Assembly (NCBI GenBank): GCA_043732185.1
Contig: JAYTHY010000066.1
Span: 22,867-86,866, forward strand
Source: Fibrobacteria bacterium
Lineage (GTDB): Bacteria; Fibrobacterota; Fibrobacteria; UBA11236
Reading direction: 5' to 3'
DNA length: 64,000 nucleotides
Shown: piece by piece, positions 1-9,466 of the stretch
Numbering within the stretch: the first letter of the stretch is position 1
Layout of the letters: every line of letters begins with the position of its first letter
Made by a program: the position numbers and the translations under genes
Notes under the pieces: model-generated
Seen by the model: the letters and a program-made list of their open reading frames with translations, nothing else
What the model was told of the DNA's origin: nothing
Databases searched by the model: none

Positions 1-1
1 T

Positions 2-1513
2 CCAGGAGCCAAGGAAAGCTACGTCATCGCCCCATCGGAACGGGTTATTTTCCAGTTGGGCTTCAATGATGGATTGGACGATTATTCGCCTTTGGAGATC
101 TTGAATGCCACTCCATCCGGAACCGCCGTAATCGGAAAAATATTTTATGATCCGGACACGATCGCAACGGACCTGCGCAGTAGCTTGGCGTTGGTTCAAT
201 GCGCAGCAGTTACAAAAAGTCTGGAACCCTTCCGTAAATCGCTGAACAAGTTACCGGATGAGGAAATCCTGCTTACCGGCTATATGGATATGTCCAATCC
301 CTTGACCAAACTATCGGCTGTGCAACATGATCCGGACCCGGGCAACACGATGGGCATCGAATGGAATGACAGCGTGCATGGGGCCGGCATGGTATTGATG
401 AATCAACAATCGAGTAATCGGAATGTGCATTGGGCCATTCGAGATCTTAAAACCGGCTTGGAAAACCATGAAATCAATTGGAATTTCCAGCGTGGTTCAC
501 AGGTAATGATAAGGATTCATAACGACACGGTCACCACACCCGCACCGGGCACTCCGGAAGCTGCCATGAGCGGAATGCTCATGTACCATCCCATGCCGCA
601 CCCCATTCACTTTCATGGACAGCGATTTCTAGTTGTTCGCGAGAATGGAAAACCGCCTGCAGAGGGTTTGGTTTGGCGGGACAGCTATCTCATTGGTCGT
701 GGCTATACGGTGGATGTGCTTTTGGATGCCAGTAATCCTGGTCATTGGATGTTTCATTGTCATATCGCTGAACATTTTGAAGCGGATATGATGGGACATT
801 TTTCTGTTTCCGATACGGTTGTCGGTGCAAAAATGCCTTACCCCTGGTCGCTCAATTTGAATATTGAAAGCAGTTATGATTCCTTGCGACGCGATACGGT
901 CGTCACGCTTGGGAAAGTGACAGCCATTACAGGTAAGGTCAATCATTTTGACCCTGCAGTGCTGGAAGCGAATCTTTTTCTATCGCAACCTAATACTCCG
1001 GCACTCCATCTCATGGTGCCCTTGGCTCCAAATGGCGCCTTCACACTCGCAACTGCCGATCTCCTTGGCGCAGGTACCGGTTTGGTTCCCATCCATGCTG
1101 TAGTCAAATCCAAAGTCTTAACATTGCGCCCTTCGCCGGACACGTTGCGATTGATTTTTGATGCTAGAATTGAGCTACCCTGGTCCCTGGATCTGGACAT
1201 GGCAGGAGATGCCGCCTTTCAAGCGCTGGTCCGGGACACCGTTGCGGTGAGCGGCATGCGTGGAACCATTGCGGGCAAGGTCAACGGCTATGATCTTTCC
1301 ACCTTCAGTGACTCTATCTATTTTCGCAATGTGCTCTATCCCAATTTCATGGCTACTAAACCGCTTGCCAGTGACGGTACTTTTAGTTTTGATGCCTTTG
1401 AAATTGTAGGTGCTTTGGATGGTCTGCAACCATTGAAAATATTTCTGAAATTCAAAAGCTCTGACCGACGGCCAACCCCGGATACCTTACGCATCAACCT
1501 GAGCGTTCCATAA
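2..1513 (+). CDS. Multicopper oxidase (5'-truncated by window) with C-terminal tandem duplicated domain
   Basis: Frame is open from position 2 (…ESYVIAPSERVIFQ…). Copper motifs HPIHFHG and WMFHCHIAEHFEADMM (type 1 Cu with axial Met). Two ~112-aa repeats follow. Confidence 0.9.
   Translation, partial: PGAKESYVIAPSERVIFQLGFNDGLDDYSPLEILNATPSGTAVIGKIFYDPDTIATDLRSSLALVQCAAVTKSLEPFRKSLNKLPDEEILLTGYMDMSNPLTKLSAVQHDPDPGNTMGIEWNDSVHGAGMVLMNQQSSNRNVHWAIRDLKTGLENHEINWNFQRGSQVMIRIHNDTVTTPAPGTPEAAMSGMLMYHPMPHPIHFHGQRFLVVRENGKPPAEGLVWRDSYLIGRGYTVDVLLDASNPGHWMFHCHIAEHFEADMMGHFSVSDTVVGAKMPYPWSLNLNIESSYDSLRRDTVVTLGKVTAITGKVNHFDPAVLEANLFLSQPNTPALHLMVPLAPNGAFTLATADLLGAGTGLVPIHAVVKSKVLTLRPSPDTLRLIFDARIELPWSLDLDMAGDAAFQALVRDTVAVSGMRGTIAGKVNGYDLSTFSDSIYFRNVLYPNFMATKPLASDGTFSFDAFEIVGALDGLQPLKIFLKFKSSDRRPTPDTLRINLSVP
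842..1510 (+). repeat. Intragenic tandem duplication, period 336 nt (112 aa)
   Basis: PWSLNLNIE…RRDTVV…ITGKVN…PLAPNGAF…RPSPDTLRL (from 842) aligns with PWSLDLDM…VRDTVA…IAGKVN…PLASDGTF…RPTPDTLRI (from 1178). Confidence 0.85.
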
Positions 1514-2262
1514 TGCCCAAACCCAATTCCGGACCCCACAGGTCCAGTAGGATTGGAATTATTGGTGCAATGGATGCGGAAATTTCCGAATTCCTAACCC
1601 ATGCGGAAATTGTAGACTGTCAGGATTGGCATGGCTTTATTTTCTACACCGTGCGTTTGCAAGGCCAGGAGGCAATCCTGGTCAAATGCGGGGTGGGCAA
1701 AGTATTTGCAGCCATGGTCAGTCAACACCTCATTGATGTCTTCCAACCGGACGCAATCATTTTTACCGGTGTGGCTGGAGCCCTCAATCCTGAGTACGCT
1801 ATCGGCGATGTCGTGATTGGTCGGGAACTTATACAACACGATGTGGACGGTATTGCTTTGGGATTTTCTCGGGGACGAATCCTTTATACCGACCTACAGA
1901 TTTTTGCCGGGGACAGTTTGATGCTGGAAGCAGCACTCGCGTCACAATTGGATGGTCATACTATTCGTGCGGGGCGTATACTTACCGGCGATCAATTCAT
2001 GACGCGGACGGAAATCAATCATCATAGATACTTGCTTGATGAATTGGCGGGTGACGCGGTGGAGATGGAAGGTGCTGCCTTGGCCCAAGTGTGTGCGGTC
2101 AATGCAATTCCATGTTTGGTGGTCCGGACGATTTCCGATCGGGCGGATGGCGATGCTGTCGAGGACTTTACCCGGTTTCTTCCCGTAGTGGCGCACAATT
2201 CGTTTGCTGTAGTGCGTCAAATCTTCAGCGCTTGGTCCCGCGCATTCCTGGACCGTGAATAA
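1513..2262 (+). CDS. mtnN: 5'-methylthioadenosine/S-adenosylhomocysteine nucleosidase
   Basis: Motifs IGIIGAMDAEI, GVGKV, FTGVAG, TGDQF, VEMEGAA and RTISDRAD. Confidence 0.95.
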   Translation: MPKPNSGPHRSSRIGIIGAMDAEISEFLTHAEIVDCQDWHGFIFYTVRLQGQEAILVKCGVGKVFAAMVSQHLIDVFQPDAIIFTGVAGALNPEYAIGDVVIGRELIQHDVDGIALGFSRGRILYTDLQIFAGDSLMLEAALASQLDGHTIRAGRILTGDQFMTRTEINHHRYLLDELAGDAVEMEGAALAQVCAVNAIPCLVVRTISDRADGDAVEDFTRFLPVVAHNSFAVVRQIFSAWSRAFLDRE

Positions 2263-2881
2263 CTGCACGTGTATTGGGCCCGGGAACGCGTCCCACCCCT
2301 TCGCGAAGAACTTCCGGGCTTTCGCTAACTAAAGAAATGACGGTGGTCGGAGTGATGGGTAGGGGACCTAAATCCACTATCATATCAACTAAGTTTCCAT
2401 ACATCTCTTCGATGTCAGTGGGCTGGATGAAGTTGTCCGCTTCTGTAATTTTGGCTGCAGTTGTTAAAATAATGGAGCCGGGAGCAATTTCAAAAAGCGT
2501 ATTGGTGAATGGACTGTTGGGCATGCGCACGCCGACTTCCGGCCTGTTGACATCCAGCAGTTTTTTAGCGCGAACGGTGGCGGGTAAAATGAATGTATAT
2601 GGACCCGGCACCAAATATTTCATATACCGATAAGCTGATGTTTCCACTTTTGCGAAATCGGACAAGGCGCTGAAGTCCCGTACCATGAGCGCCATCAAGT
2701 ATTTTTTCATACCGCGCTTAATATGGTAAAGCTTTTGTACGCCTTTACGCGAGAGAGCATCGCAACCCATTGAATAACCGGAGTCGGTAGGGTACACGAC
2801 CACACCACCGGACGCAAAGGTTTCCAATACCTTTTTCACCAATCGGATTTGTGGAGTCTGGGGATGAAGTTCAATACGCAT
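2225..2881 (-). CDS. yciO: Sua5/YciO/YrdC family protein (YciO-like)
   Basis: Motifs HPQTPQ, GGVVVYPTDSGY, PGPYTFIL, GVRMP, PTTVI and LREG. Confidence 0.85.
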   Translation of the reverse strand: MRIELHPQTPQIRLVKKVLETFASGGVVVYPTDSGYSMGCDALSRKGVQKLYHIKRGMKKYLMALMVRDFSALSDFAKVETSAYRYMKYLVPGPYTFILPATVRAKKLLDVNRPEVGVRMPNSPFTNTLFEIAPGSIILTTAAKITEADNFIQPTDIEEMYGNLVDMIVDLGPLPITPTTVISLVSESPEVLREGVGRVPGPNTRAVIHGPGMRGTKR

Positions 2882-2916
2882 GGATGTTTTTTCGTTAGCT
2901 GGTTTAAGGTAACTAC

Positions 2917-3360
2917 TTAACGGGCAGGATAATAGCCAGCAGTATCCGGCAAAAAGGCATTTTTAATGTGCAGGACTGTATGGATCTCTCCTGGAGTCAA
3001 CTCCACGCCCACTGCATCAAATCGGATGTCACGATTTTCCTGATGAAATTCCCAGCAATAGCGCACCGCCATTCGCTGCAACTGTCGGATTTTCCTTCCG
3101 TCAATGCGCTCCAAGGGATGTCCCGAATTTTTGGTACGACTGCTTTTTACCTCAATGAATACCAAGTAATTGTCAGCATCTTCCATAACCAAGTCGATTT
3201 CGCCCCGGCCGTGGCGATAATTTCTACGGAGTAAACGGTACCCAAGGTTTTGTAAAAACTCCAAGGCTGCGTCTTCGCCGCGTCGGCCTGCGTCAACATG
3301 ATTCTCTTGTTCGCGACGGGGAATCGCCTTAAGGGTAGATGGTGGGAAACCATCAGTCAT
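2917..3360 (-). CDS. yraN: YraN/UPF0102 family endonuclease-like protein
   Basis: Motifs GRRGEDAA, NYR…GEIDLV, LVFIEVKS, RFDAV and HIKNAF. The ATG at 3360 overlaps the upstream kinase stop. Confidence 0.9.
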   Translation of the reverse strand: MTDGFPPSTLKAIPRREQENHVDAGRRGEDAALEFLQNLGYRLLRRNYRHGRGEIDLVMEDADNYLVFIEVKSSRTKNSGHPLERIDGRKIRQLQRMAVRYCWEFHQENRDIRFDAVGVELTPGEIHTVLHIKNAFLPDTAGYYPAR

Positions 3361-4777
3361 ACGGCAGTCCAACAAAGCGTACGACCTTTAATGGGTCGGA
3401 AGTGTTTTCTGGGCCCGAGCTCCCGGAACTGGGTTCTGTGGCTGAAGCGGGACCATGGGTAAAACGAAGCGTGCCTTTCTCGACAAGGATTCCACCCAAA
3501 TTAAATACCTGGGGAAGACCTCCTTCTTGGATCGTAAAACGCACTGGCCTTTTACCGTCCATTTCCAATACCATGGATTTGGACCCTTTGGCGGGCAAAA
3601 CTCCGGATTCCAAAACCAAACTCGTGAGTAATACCTTGGTTGGAAAAGTGAAAGTGATTTCGGCTTCATCCTTGCTGTCGTTGGTAGGTTGTGTTTGGTT
3701 AAACTGCGGAATCAACCACTGCATTCCCGCCGTGGAGAGTGGCGATGGCCGAAGCAAAATATACGTGAGGACACTGAGAATCAAAATGAACAAACCTAGA
3801 ATACCCCATAGGTATCCGCGGGAAACCGCCATAGGATCATTTACATGGCGGCGTTTATGATCCCGGCGATCGGTAATTCTGAGATCAGAGGGTAAAGGTG
3901 TACTGGGGATTTCAACGCTACCCATTTCAATATGTGCGGAATCCAAATCCTGTAAAAGGGCATCGGCACTTAAATATCTGTCGGCCTTATTTTTCTTGAG
4001 GCATTTGGCCGCGATCAATTCCAACCGTCGAGGGACATTTGCCCGTTTCTTGCTGAGCAGCGGCGCGATATCGTGAACTTGTTTATAGGCTACGGCCAGC
4101 GGAGTATCTGCCAAGAAAGGCGGACGACCGGTTACCATTTCATATATGATAATTCCCAAGCCATAAATATCGCTTTGCCCATCGACAACACCGCCTTCAC
4201 ATTGCTCCGGAGACATGTATTCAGGTGTACCCATGGCCATGCCAGTGGTGGTGATGCTGGGCGCATCGATCACCTTTGCAATACCGAAATCGGATATATA
4301 CACCTTGTCACCGGGCTCTATCATGATATTGCCGGATTTGATGTCGCGATGCACGATTTCGTTTTGATGCGCGTATTTAAGTCCGCGACAAATCTGCTTC
4401 GTGACTCCGATAATTCGTTCGAAATCCAAGGGTTTGGAATCCTTGATGATGCGGCTTAAGGTTGTGCCCTGAACATATTGCATGGCAATGAACTTTTGCC
4501 CATCCACATCACCATAATCGTAAATGGTGACGATGTTCTGGTGTTGCAGGCGGGAGATGGCATACGCTTCCGTAAAAAAGCGTTCCGAGAATTCGGGACT
4601 GCGCGCTAAAAGAGAGGGAAGAATTTTAATGGCAACAATGCGATTCAAACCATCTTGATTGGCTCGGTAGACATCGCCCATGCCACCCTTGCCCAAATGC
4701 TCGAGCATAGTGTAGCCGCCAAAATTTTTTCCAGTAGGCGGTTTCTCGGCCTGAGTTTGCAGTGAAGGCTTTTCCAT
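3353..4777 (-). CDS. Membrane-anchored Hanks-type Ser/Thr protein kinase
   Basis: Motifs GKGGMG, VAIK, HRDIKSGN, DFGIAK, GTPEYMSPEQ and SDIYGLG, then a TM helix and a C-terminal extracytoplasmic domain. Likely start is ATG 4777 behind GAGGAAGG; the ORF track extends to 4915. Confidence 0.95.
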   Translation of the reverse strand: MEKPSLQTQAEKPPTGKNFGGYTMLEHLGKGGMGDVYRANQDGLNRIVAIKILPSLLARSPEFSERFFTEAYAISRLQHQNIVTIYDYGDVDGQKFIAMQYVQGTTLSRIIKDSKPLDFERIIGVTKQICRGLKYAHQNEIVHRDIKSGNIMIEPGDKVYISDFGIAKVIDAPSITTTGMAMGTPEYMSPEQCEGGVVDGQSDIYGLGIIIYEMVTGRPPFLADTPLAVAYKQVHDIAPLLSKKRANVPRRLELIAAKCLKKNKADRYLSADALLQDLDSAHIEMGSVEIPSTPLPSDLRITDRRDHKRRHVNDPMAVSRGYLWGILGLFILILSVLTYILLRPSPLSTAGMQWLIPQFNQTQPTNDSKDEAEITFTFPTKVLLTSLVLESGVLPAKGSKSMVLEMDGKRPVRFTIQEGGLPQVFNLGGILVEKGTLRFTHGPASATEPSSGSSGPENTSDPLKVVRFVGLPYD

Positions 4778-4969
4778 GTGCTTTCCTTCCTCACAACATT
4801 CACTTCCGAATGTATCGAAATTATAGGAAAAATGTGTGGGCCAAGTCCCTAATTTCCTTTTTTTCCTCAGCTTCGCACAAACCTGGCAGAAAATACTTTC
4901 TGTACCTCTAAGCATGATAATGATTTACCCATATGCAACGTCCTTATCCGTTGCTACTTTATCGCTAGC

Positions 4970-6526
4970 ATGCAAAAGCATTACGGCCGGTATGAAGTGA
5001 TGTATCAACTTGGCAAGGGTGCCATGGCAGCCGTCCATTTGGCGCGTGACCCACTGCTGGGCCGATTTGTCGCCATAAAAGTTTTGCATTCTGAATTAAC
5101 AACGCAACCGGATGTATTAAATCGATTCTATAAAGAAGCAAGAATTGTTGCAGCCGTGCGTCATCCGCATGTGGTGGACGTTTTCGATTTCGGTCAAGAA
5201 GGTTCGGACATGTTTTTGGTAATGGAGTTCGTTGACGGACAGTCGCTGGGCAGCTTACTGAAACAGTTAAAGATTCCCTCCTTGCATCCCACAGAACCGG
5301 CGGATCAAAATGATGAAATGAGTCGCGCCACACCCTTCCTGCTGGCCACGCCCATGGATGCGCAGGTGGCGGCGGCGCTCATCTGTCAAGCCGCGGAGGG
5401 TTTAAGTGTAGCTGCCCGTCACGGAGTGGTGCACAGAGATATCAAGCCCGAAAATATGATGATTGATCAACAGGGTACTCTAAAAATTTCCGATTTTGGT
5501 ATTGCGCATGTTCAGGATGATAGCCTCACCAAAACGGGAGCTGTATTGGGATCTCCCCATTTTATGTCTCCGGAACAGGTGCGTGGATTTAAACCCATTA
5601 CGTTTCAAGCGGATATGTTTTCTCTTGGCGCAGTATTCTATAACTGCCTGGCGGGTCACCCCCCTTTTCATGGGAAAAACCTGCCCGATCTTTTTCGTAA
5701 AATTGTCAGTGAACCGCATGTACCGCTCTGGCGCTTGCGGCCGGATATCGATCCCTTTTTGATGACGCTCGTGGACACACTTTTGCATAAGGACCCGGCC
5801 CAACGCGGCGGTGGACCCAAATGGCTACATCGCCAGCTGCAAAGCTATTTGGTGACATCGGGTATTGTTGAACCTTCGGAACGCGTCTGTGCGTATTTAC
5901 AGGGGCTATCCGCTCAGGGTGTGCAGACGACTTGGCGATCCACGCGTTCACCAACCGTTCAGGATCATGCACAGCGTACTTTACGATATTCCCGTGAAAC
6001 GAGACGCAAGACGCCATTACTCTGGCTACTGGCGTCCGGATTAGTCGTAGCCGTCCTAGCCATGGGACTGTGGTATCGACTTGGCCATCACACGGTAAAC
6101 CCTAAAGTTGCTTTTTCTGCCGATCAGGTGGCACCGCCGGTTTTAGCCCCGGTAGTCCAGGAGGGAAAGGGACTGCTCATGCCGGAAACTATAGCATCGC
6201 ATTCAGACTCTTCCCTTTCTGTCGAGAGAAAAAACCCTGATGAAACAGAACACGTTTTAACCCCCGCCGTCGAAAGCCCTGCGAACTTGACCTTGCAATC
6301 GTCACCTCCGTTTGCCGAAGTGTTTGTGGATGGACGCTATGTAGGCCTCACGCCCGTCAAGCTGGAAGGCATGGTATCGGGAAGCCATCGCATTGTGGTG
6401 AAAGGTAAAGGCAGTCCACCTTTGGACACGCTCTTAAACTTGCGCCCGGGCGTCCAAGGATTCAAGTTTATCATCGAAAAGGATTTTGCAGCTCGCTTGG
6501 CTGGTGCAACGGATGAAGTGGATTAG
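4970..6526 (+). CDS. Membrane-anchored Ser/Thr protein kinase with C-terminal PEGA domain
   Basis: Motifs GKGAMA, VAIK, HRDIKPEN, DFGIA and GSPHFMSPEQ, a TM helix, and PEGA-like LQSSPPFAEVFVDGRYVGLTP…GSHRIVV. Confidence 0.93.
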   Translation: MQKHYGRYEVMYQLGKGAMAAVHLARDPLLGRFVAIKVLHSELTTQPDVLNRFYKEARIVAAVRHPHVVDVFDFGQEGSDMFLVMEFVDGQSLGSLLKQLKIPSLHPTEPADQNDEMSRATPFLLATPMDAQVAAALICQAAEGLSVAARHGVVHRDIKPENMMIDQQGTLKISDFGIAHVQDDSLTKTGAVLGSPHFMSPEQVRGFKPITFQADMFSLGAVFYNCLAGHPPFHGKNLPDLFRKIVSEPHVPLWRLRPDIDPFLMTLVDTLLHKDPAQRGGGPKWLHRQLQSYLVTSGIVEPSERVCAYLQGLSAQGVQTTWRSTRSPTVQDHAQRTLRYSRETRRKTPLLWLLASGLVVAVLAMGLWYRLGHHTVNPKVAFSADQVAPPVLAPVVQEGKGLLMPETIASHSDSSLSVERKNPDETEHVLTPAVESPANLTLQSSPPFAEVFVDGRYVGLTPVKLEGMVSGSHRIVVKGKGSPPLDTLLNLRPGVQGFKFIIEKDFAARLAGATDEVD

Positions 6527-7719
6527 GTCAGCGCTGTAAATCCGCGTTCAAGTCTATCTAAAGCTGCGGCTAGAACCTCCAAATTTTGGGCGAAGGAAAT
6601 CCGCATATAGCCTTCCATGCCAAACGCGCTACCCGGAACGGTGGCCAACAGTTGCTCGTCCAAAAAATATTGGCAAATTTCCATGGATGTATTCAAGGAT
6701 TTACTGTCAAAAGATTTTCCGAAGTAAGCTTGTATTCCGAAAAATACGTAGAAGGCGCCTTGTGGCACCAATACCTGCAGGCCGGGGATAGATCGCAAGC
6801 GGGATAATGCGAGCTCCCGGCATTCCGCCAAGTGGCTTCGCAATATTTCAACGAAACCCATGCCTTCATTGAGACTGGCCAAAGCAGCAAATTGCGAGGC
6901 GTTGGCGGGATGATGTGTTCCGTGGCTTTGAATGGCGCTGATGGCTGCGGCCAGTGCCGGTGGAGCACCCAGGTACCCGATGCGCCAACCCGTCATGGCA
7001 AAGGCTTTGGACATTCCGTTGATGGTGATGCTGCGGGAAAAAATTTCAGGGCCCAGGGACGCAATGCTGACATGCTTGGCTTCGCCGTATACTAGGTATT
7101 CGTAAATTTCATCGGAGAGAACGTACAGATCCTTTTCAACAATAACCTGCGCCAAGGCTTGTAGTTCTGCGTGCGAGTACACAGCCCCGGTGGGATTTCC
7201 GGGTGAGTTCAGAATGACCAATTTGGACCGGTCAGTGACCGCCGCGGCAAGTTCCGCTGCTGTGAGCTTGAATCCATTGGCCAGCGCACTAGGCAGTAAC
7301 ACCGCAGTACCCCCCAGAAACCGCACCAATTCCGGGTAGGTCGTCCAGCATGGAGTGGGAATTAAAACCTCATCCCCTTCTTCGACCAAGGCCAGCAATG
7401 CGTTGAAGACGCAGTGTTTGGCACCACTGGAAACAATGATGTCATTTGGCGGATACGCCACATGGTTATCCCTGGAAAATTTGACGCTAATGGCTTCGCG
7501 CAAGGCGGGAAGCCCCGTTACAATGGAATATTTTGTGAGACCCTTTTGAATGGAAAGGATGGCTGCATCCTTCGCAAGCTGGGGCGTGTCCAGGTCCGGT
7601 TCACCGGCGCCAAGGCTGAGCACGTCTTTGCCTTCCGCTTTTAGGCGCTTATATTTGGCATCGATGGCTACGGTTTGCGAAGGTGAAATGCGCCCGGTTC
7701 TTGATGCCAGGGATTTCAT
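6523..7719 (-). CDS. aspC: Aspartate aminotransferase (class I/II PLP-dependent)
   Basis: Motifs GEPD, NSPGNPTG, SDEIYE, SKAFAMTGWRIGY and GAFY. Confidence 0.9.
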   Translation of the reverse strand: MKSLASRTGRISPSQTVAIDAKYKRLKAEGKDVLSLGAGEPDLDTPQLAKDAAILSIQKGLTKYSIVTGLPALREAISVKFSRDNHVAYPPNDIIVSSGAKHCVFNALLALVEEGDEVLIPTPCWTTYPELVRFLGGTAVLLPSALANGFKLTAAELAAAVTDRSKLVILNSPGNPTGAVYSHAELQALAQVIVEKDLYVLSDEIYEYLVYGEAKHVSIASLGPEIFSRSITINGMSKAFAMTGWRIGYLGAPPALAAAISAIQSHGTHHPANASQFAALASLNEGMGFVEILRSHLAECRELALSRLRSIPGLQVLVPQGAFYVFFGIQAYFGKSFDSKSLNTSMEICQYFLDEQLLATVPGSAFGMEGYMRISFAQNLEVLAAALDRLERGFTALT

Positions 7720-7732
7720 AAGCGACCGACAA

Positions 7733-9409
7733 TCATTCGTCGGTGACGCAGCCTTCGCTGGCAGTGCTCACGGTCTTGATGTACTTGTAGAGGGTTCCTT
7801 TGGTGATTTTATACGGCGGTGCCGTCCAACCCTGGAAACGACCCGCTATTTCGGCTTCCGTGAGGTCGACTTCGAGAATGTTCTTTTCGGCATCAATAGT
7901 GATAACGTCTCCGTTTTTCAATATGGCGAGAACGCCGCCGGTTTGCGCTTCGGGGGTAATATGCCCGACTACAAATCCATGCGTTCCGCCAGAGAAGCGG
8001 CCGTCGGTAATCAAGGCAACGCTTTTGCCTAGGCCTGCGCCCATAATGGCAGACGTTACCGTTAGCATTTCGCTCATACCGGGACCACCCTTGGGTCCTT
8101 CATACCGGATGACCACGACATCACCGGCTACAATGGTTTTCTTTTCCAATGCCAAGAGGGTTTCTTCTTCACTTTCATAAACCTTTGCGGGTCCCGTAAA
8201 GGAAAGCCCTTCCTTACCCGTAATTTTGGCAACGGCTCCTTCACGCGCCAAGTTGCCGTAGAGAATGCGAATGTGGCCAGTGGCTTTGAGTGGTTTGGAT
8301 ACAGGATAGATTACATCCTGACCCGCCTTGAGTCCGGGTAAAGATTCCACATTTTCGGCTAAGGTCTTTCCTGTTACGGTCAAGCAATCGCCATGTAAAA
8401 AGCCTTCTTTGAGTAGCAATTTTTGAACTGCAGGAATGCCGCCGACGCGATGCAAATCCTCCATCACATATTTTCCACTGGGCTTTAGGTCAGCCAGGAA
8501 TGGCGTTTTGTCGCTGACGCGCTGGAAGTCGTCAATGGTCAGCTTCACATCCGCCGCCTTAGCCATAGCTACCAAATGGAGCACGGCGTTGGTGGAGCCT
8601 CCCAAAGCGATAACCATGGTCATGGCATTTTCAAAAGCTTTGCGCGTCATGATGTCACGGGGCTTGATGTCTTTTTCCAGTATCAAGCGGATGGCTTTAC
8701 CCAGCTGCAGGCATTCGCGGAACTTCTCATCACTGATGGCGGGAGAGGAGGAATCATAGGGCAAGGTCATGCCCAAGGTTTCAATAGCCGATGCCATGGT
8801 GTTGGCCGTGTACATGCCACCGCAAGCCCCTTGCCCCGGACAGGCATGTTTCAAAATTTCGTTCATCCGGTTTTCATCGATTTTGCCGGAAACAAATTCA
8901 CCATAAGCTTCAAAGGCGGAAACCAGGTTCAGGGGCTTGCCTTCATGATAACCAGGTAAAATGGTGCCACCATAAACCATTATGCTCGGCCGGTTGAAGC
9001 GAGCCATAGCCATGATGGATCCGGGCATATTTTTATCGCAACCCACCACGGATATATTCGCGTCATACCATTGTGCGCAGGTAACCGTTTCAATGGAGTC
9101 GGCAATGATGTCGCGGCTCTGAAGGGAATAGTTCATGCCTTCCGTGCCCATGGAAATGCCGTCGCTGACACCGATGGTGTGGAACATCAATCCCACTAGG
9201 CCTTCCGCCTTCACGCTTTTTTTGATATGCTGGGCCAGATCATTGAGGTGCATATTACAGGGGTTGCCGTCCCAGCCGGTACTGGCAATTCCCACTTGGG
9301 CCTTGTCCATATCCTCATCTGTCATGCCAGTGGCATAAAGCATGGCTTTGGAACCGGGTTGGGAAACACTTTGGGTGAGTCGGGAGCTGTATTTATTGAG
9401 CTTTTGCAT
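7733..9409 (-). CDS. ilvD: Dihydroxy-acid dehydratase
   Basis: Motifs [39 protein letters not shown] and TDGRFSGG. Confidence 0.97.
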   Translation of the reverse strand: MQKLNKYSSRLTQSVSQPGSKAMLYATGMTDEDMDKAQVGIASTGWDGNPCNMHLNDLAQHIKKSVKAEGLVGLMFHTIGVSDGISMGTEGMNYSLQSRDIIADSIETVTCAQWYDANISVVGCDKNMPGSIMAMARFNRPSIMVYGGTILPGYHEGKPLNLVSAFEAYGEFVSGKIDENRMNEILKHACPGQGACGGMYTANTMASAIETLGMTLPYDSSSPAISDEKFRECLQLGKAIRLILEKDIKPRDIMTRKAFENAMTMVIALGGSTNAVLHLVAMAKAADVKLTIDDFQRVSDKTPFLADLKPSGKYVMEDLHRVGGIPAVQKLLLKEGFLHGDCLTVTGKTLAENVESLPGLKAGQDVIYPVSKPLKATGHIRILYGNLAREGAVAKITGKEGLSFTGPAKVYESEEETLLALEKKTIVAGDVVVIRYEGPKGGPGMSEMLTVTSAIMGAGLGKSVALITDGRFSGGTHGFVVGHITPEAQTGGVLAILKNGDVITIDAEKNILEVDLTEAEIAGRFQGWTAPPYKITKGTLYKYIKTVSTASEGCVTDE

Positions 9410-9466
9410 GCTTCGCTTTCGTAAAACTTGAAATATTTAATTTAGTAAAAAGGGATAAAATTCGGC

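Noticed and set aside
2225..2262. 38-nt convergent overlap of mtnN and the yciO-like gene
   Set aside because: Short 3' overlaps of non-conserved tails are common in compact genomes.
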